In this document: piece after piece, positions 19,101 to 28,100 of the stretch
How the letters are laid out: the number at the start of each line of letters is the position of its first letter
How positions within the stretch are numbered: the stretch's first letter is position 1
Assembly: GCA_000025185.1 (NCBI GenBank)
Contig: CP001848.1
Location: 4,470,001 to 4,502,000, forward strand
DNA length: 32,000 nt
Source of the DNA: Pirellula staleyi DSM 6068
GTDB lineage: Bacteria > Planctomycetota > Planctomycetia > Pirellulales > Pirellulaceae
Direction of reading: 5' to 3'
Program-made: the position numbers and the translations under genes
The notes under the pieces: generated by a model
The model's input: only the letters and a program-made list of their open reading frames with translations
What the model was told of the DNA's origin: nothing
Databases searched by the model: none

Positions 19101-22100
19101 GGCGACTGGATCGAAATGAACTACACCGTTGTCACCACAACGAATCAAACACCCACAGTCACCAGCCTCGCGCTGGCCAGTGATTCGGGGAGTTCTGCCA
19201 GCGATCTCATCACCGGCAATTCGCTACTCACCGGCACGATCAACAACCCCGATGGTGCGGAAGCAGGATTGCCGGTCGAGATCGATGTGAATAGCGACGG
19301 CCTAGGGGACACGATTGTGTTTGCCGATAGCCTGGGACAGTTCAGCTATCAAGTTGAAGCGATCCCCTACGGCGCGAATACCGTTCAGGCCCGCGCGATC
19401 GAATGGGACGAGCCTTCGGGTCAATATCTGATTAGCAGTTGGCAAAGCTTATCGTTCACCTATGTCGCCCCCAGTGGCGAAGCCGCCTATGTAAGCGAGC
19501 TCACCACCGTTACACCTCCCTACTATGGCCAAGTGCTCGATCCGATTCTTACCGGGCAAGTGATCAACGATGGATCGCTGAAAGACATTGTCGTCGAACT
19601 CGATTTCAACGGCGATAACACCATCGATGTCCGGACACTCACCGATAGTAATGGGCACTTTGAATATCGCCCGGTCGGACTTGCGCCAGGCAACTATGCA
19701 ATTCGGGCCCGGGCTCGCGAACTCGATACCATCACGGGCCAACTCACCACAAGCGGATGGACCACTCTCTGGTTCGAGCTTCTCGCTTCGAACAACCAGG
19801 TCGCCACACTTTCGCCACTAGCGCTTGTGGAAGATACCGGAACCGTAGGGGATGGCAAATCGGCGAATCCCTCGCTGAAGGGGACGGTCACGAACGATGG
19901 CTTGTATAGTGGCCTCGTCGTGCAAATCGATCACAACGGCGACGACATTGCCGATGGTGTTGCGGGAGTCGATAGCACAGGGAACTTCACCTACACTCCG
20001 CACGGTTTGGCCTATGGCACCTACACATTCCGAGCGCGGGTGAAGGAGCTGAATCAGCTCGGCACGCCGATGTATAGCAGCTGGCAAACCCTTGCGCTCG
20101 ACTACCAACCCGAGGCATATCAAGGGGTCAAGATCACCACACTCAATCTGGCGAGTGACACCGGTAATTCAGCCACCGATGGAGCGACGTCCAACCCATC
20201 GCTGACTGGCTCGATTAGTGGAACGACCAGTCCGATCGTGATCCGCTTTGATCACAACGGAGACGAAGTTACCGACGGCACCGCGACGACCGATGCCCAA
20301 GGGAACTTCAGCTACTCGCCAAGTGGGCTCACCGAAGGACTGGTTACGATCCGCGCTGCTGTCGAAGGAACGACAATCGCCAGTGGGCTGCGCTGGACCA
20401 CCAAGACCTTTGTCTACTCCACAACTCCCGATGGCGAAACAGCGCAAGGACTGGTCCATACCCACCTGACTTACACCGCCGCTTGGCAGCGAGCAGGAGA
20501 CGACTATAACGCCGCGATCAGCGCCGCCAACTCACTCTACACGTCGATCCGCGACCGGGCCGCTCTGACCTACGATGCCTCGGTCGCCAGTTCCACCCTC
20601 GCACGCGACGCCGCGCTCGCGCAGGCTCAAGAGGCATACAGCCTCGCCACTGCTGCCGCCGAAAGCACCTATGCCTCGCAGATGGCCGATATCCAAGGCC
20701 AATTCATGCTCGACCTAGCGGCCTATGGCGGGGACACAACGACGTTTCAGCTGCGCGAGTTTGCCTGGCCCACGTCGCCAAGCTCGATGGGACTCGAAAT
20801 TCCGAGCGATGCGTCGCAGCCCACAGCGCCGCAAATGATCAGCGAGACGAGCACCTACTACGACTGGTCGAGCGACACTGCTTATCAAGGGGCCATCGCC
20901 GCTGCGAACAACAGCTACCAGACCGAAAAACTCGAAGCCGAGAACATCTACTCGGCAGCGAAAAAGAGTGTCGACGACACCTATAACTCAGCCGTTAGTG
21001 GAGCCAATCGAACTCACTCGGAAGAGGTCGCAGCGGCCAAGAAAGCTTACGACGACGCGCTGCTGGTGCCGATCACGAATGCGGTCGACATGGTCGCCGC
21101 GACGAGTGACTACAGCAGCGCCATCGCCAATGCCACCGCGCAGCGCGATCGCGTGTTGGCCCGCATCGATACGGGCGATATCTACCAGCAGCGCAGCGCT
21201 CTCGAGAACTGGCGCGATGCCCAGATGTACGCTTGCTCGACCTGGGAGTACGAAGCTCGTATCGCGCGCGAGCGCGACATCTGGGAGGAATATCACCACC
21301 GCTATGCCGACATCGAAAAAATCGTTGCCGACCGGATGGCCAAAGCCGATTACGACTACGGCGTCGCTGTCGAGAATGCCGCCGTCGCCTTCAAGCACAA
21401 AGAAATCGACCGTGATCAGCAAGTCGAGCAGCGAAAAATCAACGCGGCTGCGGTTCGCGATAAAGCAATCAATGCCGCCGATGCCAAACGCGATAAAGCG
21501 ATTGCCACCGCGCAGTTTGAAAAGACCAAGGCACTCGCTGTGGCAGCGAAAGCCTTTGATTCAGCTGTCGAGAAAGCGCGGCTCGATTCGGTGAAAGAAC
21601 AATCCGATGCGCGCACCTCTCCGCTTGCGAGTTGGGCCGATGGGCTCGGGACACGCTGGACCACTTACTACAAAGAGATCGTTGGGCACGATGTCGATCA
21701 TGTGAGCAGCATCGTCCCCAAAGCGGAGGAGCGTTACGAAAGCGATCTTGCCACTGCCAAGACCGAGATCGAGAAGATCGCCGAAGAAAAGAAGAAACTC
21801 GCCCACGAAAAGAGTGATCTGACGCTGACGAAAAAGAATGCCGAAGTCGATTCCGACAAGGTGTTTAGTACTGCTGAGAATGTCGCAGAAATCACGCGTA
21901 AAAAGGCGAACGAAACTGCCTTTAGCGAGTTCAAAAAGAAAGATTTGGAGATCACGCGAGATTTCAAAATCGAGGATGCGACGAACCATCAGAGCTACAC
22001 GAAGGCGGCTGCCACACTCGACCGCAGTGTCGATCGGGATGCCCCGGTTTACGTCTGGAGTTCGAGCCACCAGTCGAACATTCTGAATCAAGCGCGCATC

Positions 22101-25100
22101 AACGACTACTACGAGTATTTCGTAGGCACGGGCTCGGCGGGATCGGAATCGGGCGGAGTCTACGCACTCCTCTACAGTCGGGCTCAATCGCTCGAAGCCA
22201 ACGATCTGACACGTGCCACCGCGCGAAACAATGCCTGGCACACATATCAAACAGCCGTTTATGGCCACGCGCGAACTCGCGCCGAGGCAACAGCAACGGC
22301 AGCCGAAGTGCGCGACAAGTCAAAAGCCGATGCTGCTTTCACCTTCACGACGACCTACGCAGAAAAGTACTCGGCTTATCTGAAGTCGACGTCGGAAGCC
22401 TCGAAAACAGCTGCTGACGAGGAGACCGCAAGTGACACTACGTACAACGCCCATCTGAATGAGGCTGAGGTCCAGCGTAATGATAGCGAGGCGGAAACCA
22501 CCAACGACTATCGGACCGGACTAGCTGAAGATCACAAGGATCAGGTCGGATCGTGGGGGACAGCACTCGACTCGGCCTGGGGAACGCTACAAAAAACGCT
22601 CGCCGATACCAACTTCGATCAGATCGTTGGACTAGGCGCAGCACTGGTCACCAACACCAGCACACTGGGTGGATTTGCGCTCACTCACGCCGATGAAATC
22701 GGCTCGAGCCTGCAGCAGCTTGTCGAGGGGATTGTCGCTGCCGACGACACCGAAACGCAGGCCCATTCCGATGCGATTGTCGCCTATGCCACGAAGGTTG
22801 CGACCGAGCGAAAGGCCTATGCGTACAAGCTTGCAGCGGCCAATAAAGAGCACGATTTTGCGGTGGCAGAAAAAGATGAGGCCTATCGTGTCGGAGTCTC
22901 CGAACGTCAGCGGGTGTACGAAAATGCGGTCGCTGCTCTCAAGTTCGATGCCGAAGATTCTCACCAAACCACGCCGAATGTCATTTACGTAGGCTCGGCG
23001 TCGTCGATCGATTTCCGCCTAGCAGCGCTCCATATGATCTTCTCGGCCGACGATAGCCCCATCACCGGCTATGGTATTCGGATCGGGCAAGCTGACGTCG
23101 ACTATCTCCGCGCGCTGGCAGCACTACAGAAGACTGAACTCGCTAGCCAAACGAGCAACTACACTCTCTCGGAAAACTATCACACACAAAAAACAGCCAT
23201 CGGCGATACCTGGCAAGCCGCCATGCGCTCGCAGCATGAAGGTTACGAAAAAGCCAAATTCGCCGCAGAACGAACACGCGCCGAAGGGGATGTCAACGAT
23301 CATCAAACGTGGGTCCTCGGGATTCAGAACGACCATGTCACGCTCGCCGAAGAAGCCCAATCGGCAGCCAACACTTTGGCCGATGCGCTCGCCGAAGCGA
23401 CCACCAGTCTCGCCACCGATCAGGCCGATGCGGCCCGCGCCTTCTCCGAAGAGGTTGCCGCTGCTGACAAGTCGTACACCGACGACACAACCAGTGCCGA
23501 TGTCGAGTACTCCAACGATGCTCTCGGCGCCGACAACAGCTACTCGCTCGGCTCCATCACTTCGAGCAATGCCTACGAAGAGGCGATCGTAGGGGCTCGC
23601 GGCAACTACGAAGAAACCCTGCACCAGCAGCACCTCGCGAAGCTGCAATCAGCGACAGTTCCAGCGGGGGCGATCACCAAGCTGAACATGTATCGCATCG
23701 GAGTCGCTGAGGCGAACCTCCAGTGGTCGCAAGATCTGTGGGCCGCCCGCGAGCAGCAGCAAGCGAGTGCCTCGATGCGCAACCTCGCCTCGATCCAAGG
23801 AGGAACATCATTCCTGGGCGGCAGCGGCGGTCATTCCATCACCGGTTCCTCGTCTGCGAGCGTGACTCAAACATCGAGCATTGGCGAAGCCTACCTCGCG
23901 CACACGACCGGCACGAGCAGCGCAGTCAAGTCGCTCAGTGACGATACAGCGGATGCCATTCGCGATGTGGTGGTCGGTGTTCGCACCGCCGAGTCGAGCG
24001 ATGCTGCACGGCAAGTGAAGGCCGAGAAAACCTACGACGTCGATCATGCCATCGCCGCGCGCACGTTCCATGAATCGACCGAAGCCGCTCTCCTCGCGTG
24101 GGCCAGTGATGTACTCGATGCACGTGGTGCTTACTGGGACGAGTTTCAGAGCGAAATGTACTACGACCTTCCGGCCGAGGAAGAGGCTTGGGAGGATGCC
24201 TATGGCGGGAATCTATCGCGCGCCGAAGTCCGCGATGCCGCCATTGAAGTGGCTGACGACCAGTACGATCTCGCGATCAAAACGGCGCGTAAGGATTTCG
24301 CGCTAGAAGTCGGCGACGCCCAGATCGATCGGGCACACACCGTCACACAGTCCGCCGCGACACGGGAAGACGAAGCCGGCCAGGCGGTGATCAATGGTCA
24401 GTCGAGCCTCAATTCGGCCGAAACCAGCTACATCGGCACCACCAACGGGCTCAACAATGCGAGCGCCTCAGGCTACGGCCTGGCCGACAAGATCTACGAC
24501 GAGGCCACCGCCAAGATCAACGAGTTTCTCACCGAACTCAACGGCAACTCTAGCATCGCCTATGCCACCGTCCTTGCGAATGCTCGTACCAGCCGGGCGG
24601 TTGCATTAGCGACTGCTGAGGCCGATTACCACATCGCGATGGCCACCACAACCGCCACTCGCGAGAACGCTCTCTATCAATCGATGGCCACCGCCAATCC
24701 GGCCGATCCACTCCTCACCTATCACCAATTCCTCGCCTCCCAATCCACCGCTTATGTCAGCTGGCTCTCTGGCATGAAGCCCGCCTACGCCTCCTACATC
24801 GAATCGATGAGCGAGGCGGTCAGCGCCGAATCGATTGCCTTTGCGGAAGCTCAAGCGGCAGTCGATCGCGCTCGTGCCCAGTCGCAGCGCGAACGTGCAT
24901 TTTCAGCTGCCGAGCGCTGGATGAATAGTGAAATCGCCGAGACTTCCGCTTATGGCGATTACCGCACCGCCGAAGCGACTTCGCGTCATGCTCGCGATCT
25001 CGCGCTCCCAGGCTACGAACGCACCTTGCAGATGGCATACCAGGCGCAAGACGAGTCGCAGCTGGTGGCCCACACCACCGCCGAGCGCGACTACTGGTTC

Positions 25101-28100
25101 ACCATCGTCGGGGACGACGACTACAACTACTACACGTATTCCGCTGCTGCCAACTCGGCCCTCACCGCAGCTCGTGCCGCCGCCAACACCGGCTGGGCCG
25201 AGGACTACTCCACCGCCGACCTCGCCTGGACCACCAGTGTCACCACGGCCGACACCACCTATCGCGTCGCCCTGGAGAATCACAACTACGGCTACGAACT
25301 CGGCGTCGAACAGCGCGGCGAAGTTCGGACCGTTGCCGAGGCCCAGTCCGACCACGCGAAAGCGATCGCCGACAGTGCCGCTGAACGAACATTCGATCTC
25401 GCACTCACCGCAGCCTCCAATGCCCGGCGCACTGCCGAGTTCACCGCCGCTGCTGATTTCCAAGGAGCCGACTACCAGGCTCAGGCCACCGCCATCGCCA
25501 GCATCAGCACCGCAATGAACCTCCCTTGGCTCACGTTTGAAGCGGATCTCGCAGGGGTGAAACTGAGCTGGTGGACCAGCACCGGCCGCACCGAGTGGCT
25601 CGACGCTGGCATCGATCTGAACGAAGCCGACACCACCTACGCCATCGCTGCCGCCGATGTCAACGCTGCGCATCGCGTCACCGTCGCCGGTGCCGATCGC
25701 GACCTGGCGATCTCCGAAGCCGCGCGTCAGCGCATTCGCCGCACGGGAGAACTGGCAGCCGACCGTGATTTTGCAATCACCTTCGCGGGAGTCGACCAGG
25801 CCTATCAACTGGAACTGGCCCAAACGCGTAACTACTACCGGAATGCTCAAGCAGCACTGACCGAAGACTACGCCGACGAAGCGGCTGCATCGCAGTACTT
25901 CTTCCTCAGCAGCACCCCTGAGTTCGCGGCAATCGAGTCCCAAAAATCAGCCCGATCCACCGCTGCCAACGATCGCTGGCTCGTCGGCATCACCGCCGGT
26001 GAAGGGGCCCAAATGCAAGCCCACGCCGCCGCCCTCCTCAGCTACGCCACCTCCTGGCGCAACGACAACCTCGCTTACGAAAACACATTCCTCACGAGCA
26101 TCCGCGATCGTGACCTTGCTCTTACTACGCACTCCAATATCCAAAAACTTTCCTACGCTGAACTATACCGCGACTACCAAATCGATTCTGCGACTACCTT
26201 CGCCATTACCATCGACTCCTTTGTCTCCACAAACACCACACCTTGGTCCATTCGAGTCGCTGAGGCAGGAGATGCACAATCGGATCGGACAGAAGGTGTT
26301 GCAAACGCGATATTCGAGTTTAAAGAAATTGAATTCTTAGAAGCACATGATCTCGCAATATCCAAGATTCTTTCGGCGTTCGAGCACAATCGTGATTCCC
26401 GACTCTCTGGGATCGAAGAGTCGATGGTAGAGGACATTGCTCGAGCCCTCCGCGACAATAACCTTGGTCAGGTGCTCACAAATTGGTCTACCAATGACAG
26501 TTCTAACCTGCGCACCTTCGATTCTACTACTGAAACTACTCCTAGCGCTGAAGGCCCCGCACCCTCGCGAACTACCCGTCCGGGAACAGGAACAAATTCG
26601 AAGAAGCCGAACGAAACAACGCCCGCAAAAGCAGAGCCTCTGTCGAGTAACAATGTCGCATCTGATGGTTCCGATTACAGATACTCGCCTGCAACCAGTC
26701 AAGAATCAATTAAAGACGATGTTTCTGATGAATACACTCCCCATCCGCCATTACCCCGTTTAGTTCTCGATCCTCGAATTGGCGAGTATGTCCTAGCTGA
26801 CCAGGTTAGTAGCTCTTCTGACTACTATGATGTCCCCTCGCAATCTCGCATTAACGCATCAAATCGATACAATCCATCGCCTGATTACATAGAGGTTCAG
26901 AGTCAGCTGTCGGCTCGCTATTACGCCGATGACAACAAGAAACAAGGATATGTCGGGTTCGTCTTCGACACACGACCTGAATTGAAAGAAATGGGAGTGC
27001 TAAATGTTTCTATCGAATCATTTGAACGATTAAACTATCTCTTTGCAGGCGATAGCAACACTAGCATAACGTCAATTGAACTAGCCATTGCTGCTATGGG
27101 ATTGGCTGGCTCTGAATGGAAGCGGTCGACTGAGAACTTTAAAATTGGAGAAAACGTCTATGAAATAATTGTTCTCGAAAATGAAGCAACGGAGGACACA
27201 TGGTATGCTGTTCCCGAGGTTGTGTACACATTTAAGGATGGATATGTTCCCGAGAGCCGTGGGTTGAGTGATCCATTTACGGCGGCTAAGCCCTACCTAG
27301 TTTTTTTGGCAATCCCATATCCCGGACTGGCTAAACAGGTTTACTTATGGTCCCCCAAAGAAGCAGAGCCGCTTGGGCCAAAGCTAGTGGGAGTTACATT
27401 TTATTCTTCGCGAAGTAACGTAGAATACGCCCTCTCAGGCACAAAACGTATTGAGTTGTTGAACAAACTTGCAATAAGCTATGGAGTCGGTGTAGGTGCC
27501 TTGAATATTCAGTCTGTATTCAAGTCAGCGACTGCATCCGTCAAGTCGGTCTCTAGTGTGTCATCGATCGCATCAGAGACGACAGGAGCTCTTGACAATC
27601 TCGCTCAGACAGTCACTGTTGCCGACAATGCGACACCTTCCTCCGCTGATATCTTCGCTGAAATCGCAAAATCAGGCGACAATGCCTCCCAGTCCACCGT
27701 CGACACGTTCACCGATTTAGCCAAGAGTCTTGACGAGGCACCACCTCTAGATCAATCTAATGCTCCAAACAGAACTCCTTGGGACACAATTGACCACTTC
27801 CGGTCGCACAAGCAAGGAATGGCTGAACTAGGGGATGCTATTCCTGTTAAGGGGGACAAGCTAGGAACTGTTGCCTTTGTCGAGATAGAAGGCAGCAAGG
27901 TATTTGGGGTAAATTCAACAGCGTTAGTAGACGATGCAGACAAAGCCTTGGGACGTATGTGGCGAGATCGCCTTGGCTTCAACTCCGGACAAGCTCAAGC
28001 ATTGTTTCATGGGGAGGCCCATTCGCTCATGCGTGCCTATGAGAAGTTTAGTGGTAAGCTCCCTAAAGATCTGACCCTCTATGTCGATCGACTGACGTGT

